Part shown: one piece after another, positions 39,005 to 48,720 of the stretch
Layout of the letters: each line of letters opens with the position of its first letter
Numbering within the stretch: the first letter of the stretch is position 1
Assembly: GCA_036391995.1 (NCBI GenBank)
Contig: DASVYU010000015.1
Coordinates: forward strand, 350 to 64,349
Origin: Patescibacteria group bacterium
GTDB taxonomy: Bacteria > Patescibacteriota > Minisyncoccia > Moranbacterales > GWC2-37-73
Reading direction: 5' to 3'
Length of the DNA stretch: 64,000 bases
Notes under the pieces: model-generated
What the model was told of the DNA's origin: nothing
Databases searched by the model: none
The model's input: the letters and a program-made list of their open reading frames with translations, nothing else
Position numbers and translations under genes: made by a program

Positions 39005-39653
39005 TTTTTTGTGCAATTCGCTTGATTATATTTTCAGCCTCCTTGAGGCTGTGCACTTCGAAATTGCAACACTCCTCTCTTGCCATCTCCTGATAGCGTC
39101 CTTCTGGACGCTTCACGAAGATCGTGATGATGTCTGGGAATTTTTCTTTCACGTCATGGATCTGCTCTATGCGGTCATCCAGAAAGAAGATTTTTTCATT
39201 TTTTGAAGCGCATTCTTTTTCCAAAATGTTTTCGATTTCTTCAGCCTTGGAGCTTTCTGTGATGACAATATCCTTTATATATTCAGAAATCTTGGAATTC
39301 ATGATCTTCTTGGTCTGGAATTCCTTTTCGCCAAAGGAGACTATGCATATATTCCCATCACCAATTTCATGAACAAATCCTGGGACATCTGCAAATACAT
39401 ACGCCGACATGTCAGCTATATATTCATTCACCAGCCTCGTCAACTTCTCCGCATCGATTCCCATTTCTCCATTGATGCGCTTGATCTGCTTCCACGGATC
39501 AAAAGTCTTGATGGCCCGAGTGTCATTGGGATCATTGTAATATTTGTCGAAAATATCAGTCGGAACGCCGTTTTCCAGAAACATATTCTTAAAATCCTCC
39601 TTGAATCGTTTTGTGTTGAAGATGACGTCGTCGAAATCTATGAATACTTTCAT
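38997..39653 (-). CDS. HAD-superfamily hydrolase
   Basis: FIDFDDVIFNT, FLDDR. Confidence 0.8.
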   Translation of the reverse strand: MKVFIDFDDVIFNTKRFKEDFKNMFLENGVPTDIFDKYYNDPNDTRAIKTFDPWKQIKRINGEMGIDAEKLTRLVNEYIADMSAYVFADVPGFVHEIGDGNICIVSFGEKEFQTKKIMNSKISEYIKDIVITESSKAEEIENILEKECASKNEKIFFLDDRIEQIHDVKEKFPDIITIFVKRPEGRYQEMAREECCNFEVHSLKEAENIIKRIAQKND

Positions 39654-39659
39654 GCCTTT

Positions 39660-40196
39660 TTATGATAATATTTTCAAAATCCAAATGGTCAAGAATCCAT
39701 ATCCAGTCCCAAGAATAATGCCAGCCAATATATCCGTAGGATAATGCATCCCATTGCGCAAACGCGACCAACCAATAAGAAAAGCAACAAGAATGGCACT
39801 TAACCAAAGGAAAGGATAGAAATGGACAAGCACAATAAGACCCCCAACCATGCTGGACATGTGCGATGAAGGAAAAGATGAATCTGAAAATCTCCTGCCT
39901 ATCGGCTGGATTTCTTCAGGATACCTTTTGTAAGGCCTCATGCGAGAAAGAGCCAAGGCGCGCGCGCCACGTTTTAAAACAAGTTCACTAACAATGAAAT
40001 GAACCAAGAAAACAATCGCCAGGCCAGAACCCACAACCACAGCAGAGAGTATGTTATTCGAAGCAATCGCTACAAGCACAACCAGCCAAAAAACCACCAA
40101 CATAGTTATGTTACTGATCGCCCTACTCAGCGGATCGAAGAATTTCAATCTTCTGCCGTTTAGATATTTGACTATTTTTTTCTCTAAATTATGCAT
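39660..40196 (-). CDS. PAP2-family membrane phosphatase
   Basis: K...RMRP, SFPSSH, SRLRNGMHYPTD. Confidence 0.88.
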   Translation of the reverse strand: MHNLEKKIVKYLNGRRLKFFDPLSRAISNITMLVVFWLVVLVAIASNNILSAVVVGSGLAIVFLVHFIVSELVLKRGARALALSRMRPYKRYPEEIQPIGRRFSDSSFPSSHMSSMVGGLIVLVHFYPFLWLSAILVAFLIGWSRLRNGMHYPTDILAGIILGTGYGFLTIWILKILS

Positions 40197-40204
40197 AATC
40201 GATT

Positions 40205-41656
40205 TTACAATACACTCATGATCACCATGACCACAAGCGCCACGGCCATAGCCAAAACTCCAAGCCATCCGAAAATCCTGACCCATCCGGGATGACGCTC
40301 TTCTCCCATCACCTTCGGATCATCTCCCACTTTCATAATCAGATAGAGCAAAGGCACCGCGATCACACCATTAAGAAAAGCTGAATAATAAAGGGCAGTA
40401 ATCGGATTGATGCTGAAGAAATTGAAAAGTCCTCCGAAAATGATCGAAAGCGCAATGACAACATAAAATCCTTTAGCTTGAGAGAACTTGAGTTCCAAAC
40501 CCTCATTCCAATTGAGCACCTCAGCCAAAGCATACGCTCCACTGCCTGCCAGCACTGGAATGGCCAACAGTCCTGTGCCTATGATACCCATGGCAAAAAG
40601 TGCTGCCGCATGTTTGCCAGCAAATGGCGCCAATGCCAAGGCTGCATCTTGAGCTGAATCTATATTGGTAATGCCATGAGTGAACAAAACTTGCGCTGTC
40701 GTCAAAACAATGAAGAAGAAAACGACGTTCGCCAAAAGCATTCCGGTATAAACATCTGTGCGCATATGAGTTATGCGATCTCGCATACCGCGCTTCATGT
40801 GTTTGCTGCCAGTCAAAAGCTTGCCCTCTTCCACTTCTTCGGATGCTTGCCAGAAGAAAAGATATGGCGTTATCGTCGTCCCGAAAACTGCCACCATGGC
40901 AAAAAGATAATCCTTGTTTAATGAAAGATGTGGAACAAAAGCATTCTTTAAAACATCAATCCAGTGAGGATTAGCCATGATGCCAGTAGCAATATAAGCA
41001 AAGACAGAAATAGTCAAAAACTTCAGCACTCTCACATAGAGGTGATATTCCACCAATATCTCCAGCAACGTTATCACAGCCGTTAGAACGATTATTATCA
41101 TGTAGAAGCTTACGTTCGTAAACATACCTATGGAAGCAGCCATAGCTCCCAGATCAGCTCCGATATTCACAATGTTAGCAATGAGCAGCAATGTGACAGC
41201 ACTTATCAATACTTTGCGGTTATAGTGAAGTTTCAGCACGCCCGCCAAACCCTTGTTTGTCACAACTCCTATGCGAGCACAAACTTCCTGGATTGCCGTC
41301 ATGACCGGCAAAAGCCAAGCGGCCATCCACAAGATCGAGAGTCCAAAAGCTGCTCCCACAGAAGAATATGTTCCAATACCTCCCGGATCATCATCAGAAG
41401 CCCCGGTCACAAGTCCCGGACCAAGCGCTTTCACAAACAAACGCGCCCTGCTCAGCGGCGTGCCTATGAGTTTCTTGGCGATCGCCACTTCAGGCGCAGC
41501 AATACGGATCGTGCCATCCACTGCCCGCACCACTCCGATTTCACCAAGAACCAACAGTTTCTTGGCCAAGATCAATGGAATGCCCAATTCGCGGCGGAAT
41601 TCCGAAAGAGTGAGGAGCTTGGTTTCATTTCCCGGCTGAGAATTTTGTTTTTCCAT
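40205..41656 (-). CDS. NRAMP-family divalent metal transporter with N-terminal HTH-like extension
   Basis: LGPGLVTGASDDDPGGIGTY, GTTITPYLFFWQ, multiple TM helices. Confidence 0.88.
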   Translation of the reverse strand: MEKQNSQPGNETKLLTLSEFRRELGIPLILAKKLLVLGEIGVVRAVDGTIRIAAPEVAIAKKLIGTPLSRARLFVKALGPGLVTGASDDDPGGIGTYSSVGAAFGLSILWMAAWLLPVMTAIQEVCARIGVVTNKGLAGVLKLHYNRKVLISAVTLLLIANIVNIGADLGAMAASIGMFTNVSFYMIIIVLTAVITLLEILVEYHLYVRVLKFLTISVFAYIATGIMANPHWIDVLKNAFVPHLSLNKDYLFAMVAVFGTTITPYLFFWQASEEVEEGKLLTGSKHMKRGMRDRITHMRTDVYTGMLLANVVFFFIVLTTAQVLFTHGITNIDSAQDAALALAPFAGKHAAALFAMGIIGTGLLAIPVLAGSGAYALAEVLNWNEGLELKFSQAKGFYVVIALSIIFGGLFNFFSINPITALYYSAFLNGVIAVPLLYLIMKVGDDPKVMGEERHPGWVRIFGWLGVLAMAVALVVMVIMSVL

Positions 41657-41673
41657 CTTGATATGAATGAAAT

Positions 41674-42696
41674 TTAAATGATTTCTTTTATGATATTCTC
41701 ATATTCCCCCAATTCCAAAATAAGCATCAACACCTTGGCCAACTTGTCACTGTCATGACGTATGAGCGATCTTTTAATCAAGGTATCTCCTTTTTTTTGA
41801 GCAATTCCTTTATTTCGCAGCAGGTCAGCGCATACGATCCTGCAGTGCCTATCAGTACGCTTATCTCTATCAAACCGAACAATCAATTCCCGCTGCATTT
41901 TGTATTTTTCCACAAGAATCTTATTGGGCTGTTTCATATTGAAAGTCACAAAATCAATCCTTTCGCTGCCCAAATATTTGTTCATGGCATCCACATAGTC
42001 ATCCAAATCAAAATTTTCCGTATGCCCTTCTTTATTGACCAAATTGCAGTTATAAATAACCGTGGCTTTCGATTTTCTTATCGCCTCAGAAATCCCTTTT
42101 ACCAAAAAATTAGGAACAATGCTTGAATAATGATTACCAGGTCCAATGATTATCACGTCAGCTTCAGCAATTCTTTTTAAAGCCAAAGGATTGGCTTTCA
42201 CTACAGAGGAATACCCCAGAGTAAACTTGGAATTTTTCTGAATAGCATAAGTGTCGATGTTTGCCTGTCCAACCAGAATCTTTTTATTACCAACTTTAAC
42301 ACAAAGACGAGCATCCTGATTAGTAACAGGAATAACCTCCCCTTTCACATTTAAAATTTTTATGGCTTCCCTTACTCCTTTGGAAAATCCGCCGCTTGTC
42401 TTTTCTAAGGCAGATAGGAGCAGATTTCCAAAACTATGGCCTTTAAGTCCGCCTTCTTCAAAGCGGTAATTCATCAGTTCACGCAAAGTCTCGGAAGAAT
42501 CACTCAGGGCCACCAAACATTGCCTCACATCTCCCGGCGGCAGCACGCCCAATTCATCGCGCAGCACGCCGGTTGATCCGCCGTCATCAGCCATAGAAAC
42601 AATGGCCGTGATATCTACGGGATATTTCTTGAGACCGCTCAGCAGCGTGAAGCTGCCAGTCCCTCCACCGATTGTAACGATTTTTTTTCTTTTCAT
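41674..42696 (-). CDS. YvcK/GlmR-family UDP-GlcNAc-binding protein
   Basis: IGGGTG, ADDGGSTG, PPGDVR, GHSFGN, RHDSDKLA. Confidence 0.92.
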   Translation of the reverse strand: MKRKKIVTIGGGTGSFTLLSGLKKYPVDITAIVSMADDGGSTGVLRDELGVLPPGDVRQCLVALSDSSETLRELMNYRFEEGGLKGHSFGNLLLSALEKTSGGFSKGVREAIKILNVKGEVIPVTNQDARLCVKVGNKKILVGQANIDTYAIQKNSKFTLGYSSVVKANPLALKRIAEADVIIIGPGNHYSSIVPNFLVKGISEAIRKSKATVIYNCNLVNKEGHTENFDLDDYVDAMNKYLGSERIDFVTFNMKQPNKILVEKYKMQRELIVRFDRDKRTDRHCRIVCADLLRNKGIAQKKGDTLIKRSLIRHDSDKLAKVLMLILELGEYENIIKEII

Positions 42697-42851
42697 TTAC
42701 CCTGTTAAATAAGATTTGAATCTCTTTTTCAGAAAAACAACTTATCAAATTACGTTTTGTTTATTTTAATTTCATTCACTCTGATAAATATCCTTTATTC
42801 AAATCTTAATTTTATTTTTTTAAAAAAATAAAATTATTTAACAGGGTGAAA
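42696..42851. repeat. MITE-like element with TTTACCCTGTTAAAT terminal inverted repeats
   Basis: tttaccctgttaaat ... atttaacagggtgaaa; same termini as the insert in tgt. Confidence 0.7.
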
Positions 42852-43523
42852 TTTTTCTATTATTTTTTGCGCCTTCTCGAGATCTTCTGGATTGCCTATT
42901 GGAAACCAGCCAGTGGCTTTTTCTACAACAATTTTATGCTTATCCATCATTTTTATCATGGTTTGAGGTAAGCCGTATTCCCCGTTGGGTATTCTAACCA
43001 ATGGATAATTGAAAAAATCCTTGTTCAATTTATACAGGGCAATATTTGCCAGAGCCGGTGCTGGAATATCAGGATTTTCAACAATATCACTGAGATTATT
43101 CTTTTCGTCGAAATATATTACTCCGAATCTTTTCGGCTCTTCAACTTCCAAGCCCAGCACGGCCAGTTTGTGCTGCATGACTCGCTCTATATCTTTCTTC
43201 ATGTAAAGATCATCTCCCATCATCACCAGAAAATCATTGCGAAGAATGTCTTTAGCCAGATGCAATGCCGCACCACTGCCTTCCAGTTTTTCCTGCACGA
43301 CGTAGGAAATTTTCTTGCCCGCATACTCATTGCCAAAATATCTCTGGATTTGATCCCGAAGATATCCAACAACAAGAATAACTTCATCCACTTCTTCAGG
43401 TAGCGTTTCTATCTTATACGCCAAAATGGGTTTTCCTTTTATTTCAAGCATCGGCTTGGGGGTGTCTACAGTGAGCTGCCCCATGCGAGTCCCTCTGCCA
43501 GCCGCCAATATCACGATCTGCAT
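42834..43523 (-). CDS. Sugar-phosphate nucleotidyltransferase (GlmU N-terminal-like)
   Basis: ILAAGRGTRM, PKPML, MMGDD. Confidence 0.88.
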   Translation of the reverse strand: MQIVILAAGRGTRMGQLTVDTPKPMLEIKGKPILAYKIETLPEEVDEVILVVGYLRDQIQRYFGNEYAGKKISYVVQEKLEGSGAALHLAKDILRNDFLVMMGDDLYMKKDIERVMQHKLAVLGLEVEEPKRFGVIYFDEKNNLSDIVENPDIPAPALANIALYKLNKDFFNYPLVRIPNGEYGLPQTMIKMMDKHKIVVEKATGWFPIGNPEDLEKAQKIIEKFHPVK

Positions 43524-43612
43524 AAGCGTCTTCCATATAATTACCTTTTTATTCTAACAAAAAAGAGCCTTTTGTACACATGGATTACCACTTTGTACAA
43601 AAGGCTCGAATT

Positions 43613-44221
43613 TCACTCCACAAAGGATTTCAATTTGTAAGCTCGCGATGGATGGCGAAGTTTCCTCATGGCCTTAACAAAAATTTGCCTCACCCTTTGG
43701 GATGTAACATCAAATTCCGGCGCTATGAGTATGAAGCTTTTATTATAATCCTCGCCTCCTATACCAAAATACATTCTAACAATACGTTCCTCACGCGGAG
43801 TTAATGTTGACAGCACAAAATCGATCTTTTCCTTGAGATTGTTCAACTCATATACTTCGTACTGTTCAGGCTCTACAGCAATTTGGGTGCATTTATGAAA
43901 TGATATATGCTCAGCTCTCATTTCAATAGACAGGCTTGTTTTTTCTAGACTGTACAACTCCAAGGGAAAAAGCCAGTCCACATCAACAAAGAAAATATCC
44001 GCCAAACGTTGGCACATAGTCCTATATTTCCCAGTTGTTTTACGAATTGGGGATTTTTTAAGGTTTATGTATAAGCCAAGTTCCGTGTGGCCAAATGCCT
44101 TTTCCTGACAAAAACTTGCAACTGACGGAAAGCTTCCCAAAATGAGATCGAGCAGCCTCTTGTTGTGCAGTGAAATATCCAAGCGAAGCTCGCTTCCGGC
44201 CATTATTTCTTCCTTATTCAT
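43613..44221 (-). CDS. HTH protein fused to a sigma-70 region 4 domain
   Basis: C-terminus VLSTLTPREERIVRMYFG...VTSQRVRQIFVKAMRKLRHPSR; no region 2. Confidence 0.75.
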   Translation of the reverse strand: MNKEEIMAGSELRLDISLHNKRLLDLILGSFPSVASFCQEKAFGHTELGLYINLKKSPIRKTTGKYRTMCQRLADIFFVDVDWLFPLELYSLEKTSLSIEMRAEHISFHKCTQIAVEPEQYEVYELNNLKEKIDFVLSTLTPREERIVRMYFGIGGEDYNKSFILIAPEFDVTSQRVRQIFVKAMRKLRHPSRAYKLKSFVE

Positions 44222-44681
44222 GACTTCCCTCCATTATTTTCATTGGAATTGGTATGCCTGATAGCGGTTCTGTGCAGTAACTTTCCATCAAGGAAATCAG
44301 TTTCGGCAATTCTTCCAATGTCGCAGGTCTTTCTGTTTTTGAACATTTTACCTTTAGGTACATATCGATAGGAAAAAGCTCTTCAACTTCGACATTGAAA
44401 TATTCTGCGATTTTCAATGCTGCATGAATATATTCGCCCGACCTGCCAAACCGGCTATTTTTAGAATGCATTGGAATGATTTTTATATTCAAAAGATCAC
44501 CAATAACATTCTGACCAATGCCGATCTTTCTTGAAAAAGCTGCTACATTAACCCTTCCTTTTCCTCCAAATCCATGCTCCTTCATGAGCCCAAAGAGACG
44601 ATTGTTTCTTGTACATGCTCTTATAAGCACTTCTTCCTGGTGAAGCTGTTCCATGGCGAAATCCTCCTTATCATGATCCAC
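44214..44681 (-). CDS. XRE-like HTH protein, paralogous to the N-terminus of its downstream neighbour (start may be 44654)
   Basis: NNRLFGL...VAAFSRKIG...IAEYFNVEVEELFP. Confidence 0.65.
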   Translation of the reverse strand: MDHDKEDFAMEQLHQEEVLIRACTRNNRLFGLMKEHGFGGKGRVNVAAFSRKIGIGQNVIGDLLNIKIIPMHSKNSRFGRSGEYIHAALKIAEYFNVEVEELFPIDMYLKVKCSKTERPATLEELPKLISLMESYCTEPLSGIPIPMKIMEGSHE

Positions 44682-44741
44682 AAAAATGGATGTTTGTTAA
44701 ACAACGCCTTACTCTAGCAAATATCATCGTCTTTGTCAAGC

Positions 44742-44769
44742 AAAAAACCGCCTTAATAGGCGGTTTTTT
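44742..44769. terminator. Intrinsic terminator after leuS
   Basis: aaaaaaccgcct-taat-aggcggtttttt. Confidence 0.8.
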
Positions 44770-44790
44770 GCTTTAGATAAGCCTAGTTTT

Positions 44791-47214
44791 CTAATCAACC
44801 ACGATGTTTATCAATTTCCCTGGCACGAAAATGATCTTTTTGATTTCCTTGCCTTGGGTGAAAGCTTTGACTTTTTCGCTTTCTAGGGCGGTTTCTTTGG
44901 CTTCGTCTTCAGTCACATCAGGCGCGATCATCAAGCGCTCACGCACCTTGCCATTTACCTGCACTACCATTTCAACCTCTTCCTCTTTCATTAGCTCCGC
45001 ATCAGCCTTGGGCCACTCAGCTTTCGTCACACTTGTCTGGTGTCCGAGTTTTTCCCAAAGTTCCTCTGCGATATGAGGAGCGAATGGAGAAATCATAGCA
45101 ACCAGCGCTTCAAAATCACCAGCAGCGATCTCCTTTTCCTTTTCAAATGCATTCACCAATATCATAAGAGAGCTAATGGCCGTATTGTAACGGAAACTTT
45201 CTATGTTATCGGTAACTTTTTTTATGGTCTTGTGAATAAGAGCTTTGTTTTTTCCATTTTCAGGCAGCTGACCATCAGAAATCTTTTCCTGCAGTTTCCA
45301 TATTTTTTCCAAAAACCTTACTATTCCAACAATGCCTTGAGTGCTCCATGGCTTCATATCTTCCAGCGGTCCCATGAACATTTCATACATCCTAAGAACA
45401 TCCGCACCCACTTCAGCCACTACAGTATCAGGATTAACAACGTTACCCTTAGACTTGCTCATCTTGTTTCCATCTTCTGCCAAAATAATCCCCTGATGTC
45501 TCAATTTAGAGAACGGCTCGTCAAAATCAAGATATCCCAGATGATGCAGCGCTTTAGTAAAGAATCTGGCATACAACAAATGAAGCACTGTGTGTTCAGC
45601 CCCTCCTACATAAAGGTCGACGGGAAGCCATTTATTTATTTTCTCGCTAGCCGCAAACTCATCGGCATTTTTCGGATCCGCATAGCGGAAATAATACCAA
45701 GACGAGCACACGAATGTATCCATGGTGTCTACTTCTCTTTTGGCTTTTTTTCCACAACTAGGGCAATTTACCTCATGAAAAGTTTTTGAATTAACCAATG
45801 GAGATTCACCTGTCGGCTTGAAGTCAACATCTGTTGGCAAAACTACTGGCAAATCATTTTCAGGGACAGGAACAGCACCGCAATCCTCGCAATATATGAT
45901 CGGAATTGGTGCGCCCCAATAGCGCTGACGAGAAACAAGCCAATCGCGCAGACGATAGTTCACTTTCTTTTTCCCGACATTCTCCTTCTCCAACCAATCA
46001 GCCATTTTCTGCCGCGCCTCAGCCGAATCAAGCCCTGTATAATCAGAGGAATTTATCAACACTCCATCATCTGTAAATGCTTGCTTTGAAATATCCCCGC
46101 CGGAAACGACTTCCTTGATCGCAAGATTATATTTTTTAGCAAATGCATAATCCCTTTCATCATGAGCAGGCACAGCCATAACCGCACCAGTCCCATATCC
46201 GCCCAGCACATAATCAGCAACGAAAAGTGGGACAGCTTCTCCGGTAAACGGGTTAATGACTTCAACGCCTTCAAGTCTCACGCCTGTTTTTTCCTTCTGT
46301 AGCTCCGTACGTTCAAGCTCAGTCTTGTTCTGCGCTTCAATCAGATATTTCTCAACCTCAGCAAAATTTGAAATTTTCGATTTAAGATTCGAGATAACAG
46401 GATGCTCTGGCGCAACAACGACATATGTAATGCCAAAAGCCGTGTCTACACGAGTCGTGTATACTTCTATTGCTTCCTCGCTATCTTTGATTCTGAATCC
46501 AAACTGTGTCCCTTCACTTTTACCAATCCAGTTGCGCTGCGCTGCCTTGGTCGAATCCGGCCAATCAACTTTTTCCAATCCATTCAAAAGACCGATCGTT
46601 TCTCCTTTATTTTCAATAAAATCAGTTATCCTGAAAAACCATTGCTCCAGATCTTTTTGTATCACTTCGCTATTGCATCGTTCACACTTACCATCTATCA
46701 CCTGCTCATTCGCCAGAACCGTCTTACACGAAGGACACCAATTGACTTTTGCTTTTTTCTTGTAGGCAAATCCGTTCTTGTATAACTGCAAGAAAATCCA
46801 CTGCGTCCACTTGTAGTATCCGGGATCAGATGTGTTGATCTCACGCGACCAATCATAAGAAAAACCGAGTGAGTTTATTTGTTTAGTGAAATTTGCAATC
46901 GCTTTCTTTGTTGTTTCCGATGGATGCACTCCCGTTTTGATGGCAAAGTTCTCCGCAGGGAGACCAAAAGCATCCCAGCCTTGCGGATGCAACACATTGA
47001 ACCCTTTCATGCGGAAATAGCGTGAGATTATATCCGTAGCGGTATAACTCTCCACGTGCCCAATGTGCAGACCATCACCTGACGGATATGGGAACATATC
47101 CAAGATGTACTTCTTTTCATTAGTGCTCAAATCATCAGCTGCATATATGGATGGATCATTTTTCCATTTTTGCTGCCACTTATTTTCAATTTCCTTTGGT
47201 AAATATTTTTCCAT
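44791..47214 (-). CDS. leuS: Leucine--tRNA ligase
   Basis: MFPYPSGDGLHIGH, GTGAVMAVPAHD, KMSKS. Confidence 0.98.
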   Translation of the reverse strand: MEKYLPKEIENKWQQKWKNDPSIYAADDLSTNEKKYILDMFPYPSGDGLHIGHVESYTATDIISRYFRMKGFNVLHPQGWDAFGLPAENFAIKTGVHPSETTKKAIANFTKQINSLGFSYDWSREINTSDPGYYKWTQWIFLQLYKNGFAYKKKAKVNWCPSCKTVLANEQVIDGKCERCNSEVIQKDLEQWFFRITDFIENKGETIGLLNGLEKVDWPDSTKAAQRNWIGKSEGTQFGFRIKDSEEAIEVYTTRVDTAFGITYVVVAPEHPVISNLKSKISNFAEVEKYLIEAQNKTELERTELQKEKTGVRLEGVEVINPFTGEAVPLFVADYVLGGYGTGAVMAVPAHDERDYAFAKKYNLAIKEVVSGGDISKQAFTDDGVLINSSDYTGLDSAEARQKMADWLEKENVGKKKVNYRLRDWLVSRQRYWGAPIPIIYCEDCGAVPVPENDLPVVLPTDVDFKPTGESPLVNSKTFHEVNCPSCGKKAKREVDTMDTFVCSSWYYFRYADPKNADEFAASEKINKWLPVDLYVGGAEHTVLHLLYARFFTKALHHLGYLDFDEPFSKLRHQGIILAEDGNKMSKSKGNVVNPDTVVAEVGADVLRMYEMFMGPLEDMKPWSTQGIVGIVRFLEKIWKLQEKISDGQLPENGKNKALIHKTIKKVTDNIESFRYNTAISSLMILVNAFEKEKEIAAGDFEALVAMISPFAPHIAEELWEKLGHQTSVTKAEWPKADAELMKEEEVEMVVQVNGKVRERLMIAPDVTEDEAKETALESEKVKAFTQGKEIKKIIFVPGKLINIVVD

Positions 47215-47462
47215 AAAACATTAGGTTATGTTTCTAAAAAATTTTTGCTTTTTTCACGAAACTGATTTTCTCTTGAGGCCATAATGAACGACAGTTCATT
47301 CCGAGCGAGCAATCACGACCCTTTGATTGCGAGCGCGCCGAAAGAGAAAACAGTTGAGATGAAAAAAATAAAAATATATACGAACACCTATAACAATAAC
47401 AAAAAACAACTATTTCAACTTAGTTGTTCTCATCGTAGCACTTATTCATTGAATAATCAACT

Positions 47463-48281
47463 CTATTTTTCCTTTTGTTGAGCCTCAAAAGCGAGGTAGA
47501 CATTCTCCAAAAGACAGGCGATCGTGACCGGACCCACACCGCCAGGGACAGGAGTCAAAAAGCCTGATTTTCCTTCTGTTGAAGCAAAATCCACATCTCC
47601 CAGCACGTGCTGCCCGACTTTCTCAATGCCTCCATCAATCACAATAGCGCCCTCTTTGAACATTTCACCCCTCAAAAGCCCTGGTGAGCCCACAGCGCTT
47701 ACCACGACATCCGCCTCCTTTATCTTCCCCAAATTGGAAGCTAAATCTGCCACCAAGATGTATTCTGGGGCTATATTTTCACCCGCAAGCATTTGGCACA
47801 TTGTTTTTCCAAATTCATCGGAATTGGCCACTACCACGGCTTTTTTACCAGTCAGATACCGCTCGGCACTCTTGATCATTTTCAAAATAGCTCGTGGAAA
47901 CACCGGCTCCAAATATCCGACCATGCCAAGAAATCCGTCTGCATCTTTTTGAGGATCGATGGCGGAAATTATTTTTTCCGCGTCCAAGCCTTGAGGCAAA
48001 GGCAGCTGCACGATCATACCATGAATATTGCCATCAACATTCAGTCTTGCAATCAGATCCAGAAGTTCTTCTTCTGAAACATCCTCGGCCAGTTCATATA
48101 ATGAAAATTTCATGCCTATCTCCTCCGCGCGCTTGCCTTTAAGAGACACGTATATCTGCGAAGCTTTGTCGGCTCCAACCAAAACCACAGCCAAGCCCGG
48201 TTTTTCTTCATGCAAAAAAATATCGCCCTTCAAGCGACCCAAAATATCGTCCGCGATAGGTTTTCCATAAAGTAAGTTCAT
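47463..48281 (-). CDS. folD: Methylenetetrahydrofolate dehydrogenase/cyclohydrolase family, divergent
   Basis: YVSLK, VQLPLP, KDADG, GDVDF, TPVPGGVGPVT. Confidence 0.88.
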   Translation of the reverse strand: MNLLYGKPIADDILGRLKGDIFLHEEKPGLAVVLVGADKASQIYVSLKGKRAEEIGMKFSLYELAEDVSEEELLDLIARLNVDGNIHGMIVQLPLPQGLDAEKIISAIDPQKDADGFLGMVGYLEPVFPRAILKMIKSAERYLTGKKAVVVANSDEFGKTMCQMLAGENIAPEYILVADLASNLGKIKEADVVVSAVGSPGLLRGEMFKEGAIVIDGGIEKVGQHVLGDVDFASTEGKSGFLTPVPGGVGPVTIACLLENVYLAFEAQQKEK

Positions 48282-48366
48282 GCAGACATTAAAGCATATA
48301 AACATGCAAACATGCAAACATCGCTTTTACTTCAACAAACCTTCAAATTGTTTTTTTAGGAAAATC

Positions 48367-48678
48367 TTAGGCGAATTTTTTCTCAAGCTTTTCAACCCGA
48401 TATTTAAGAGTGTTATGTTCTGTTTTATCAACTTTCTTGTTGAGCTCAGCTTCAATATTTTCAACAGTTGATTTTATCCCCTTAACATCTGTTTCCAAAG
48501 TTTCCATTCTGGATTCAAGTCCTCCAATCTTGGATTCAAGTCCTCCAATCCGAGATTCAAGTCCTACGATCTTGGATTCAACCCCTCCAATCCTGTTGCC
48601 CATATCCAAAAAACCTTCTTGTACAATCCTGGCAAGATCATCCATTCCTATTTCTTTTTTTGTTTTCTTTTCACTCAT
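48367..48678 (-). CDS. Small coiled-coil protein with heptad tandem repeats
   Basis: IGGVESK-IVGLESR-IGGLESK-IGGLESR. Confidence 0.75.
   Translation of the reverse strand: MSEKKTKKEIGMDDLARIVQEGFLDMGNRIGGVESKIVGLESRIGGLESKIGGLESRMETLETDVKGIKSTVENIEAELNKKVDKTEHNTLKYRVEKLEKKFA
48509..48592. repeat. 4 x 21-nt coding tandem repeat
   Basis: Unit consensus ttggattcaagtcctccaatc. Confidence 0.85.
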
Positions 48679-48720
48679 AATAAAATTGTAGTACCAGCCA
48701 ACACAAACGTCAACAATAGA

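Noticed and set aside
47215-47462. T-box upstream of leuS
   Set aside because: No UGGNACC bulge on the coding strand.
48282-48317. N-terminal extension MHVCMFICFNVC of FolD
   Set aside because: It is a translation of an 8-nt periodic repeat. Similar over-extended starts were trimmed for miaA, rplA, DUF302, elp3, glmS, PAP2, recO and argS.
48509-48592. CRISPR array
   Set aside because: The repeats are contiguous with no spacers, lie in a coding frame, and no cas genes are present.
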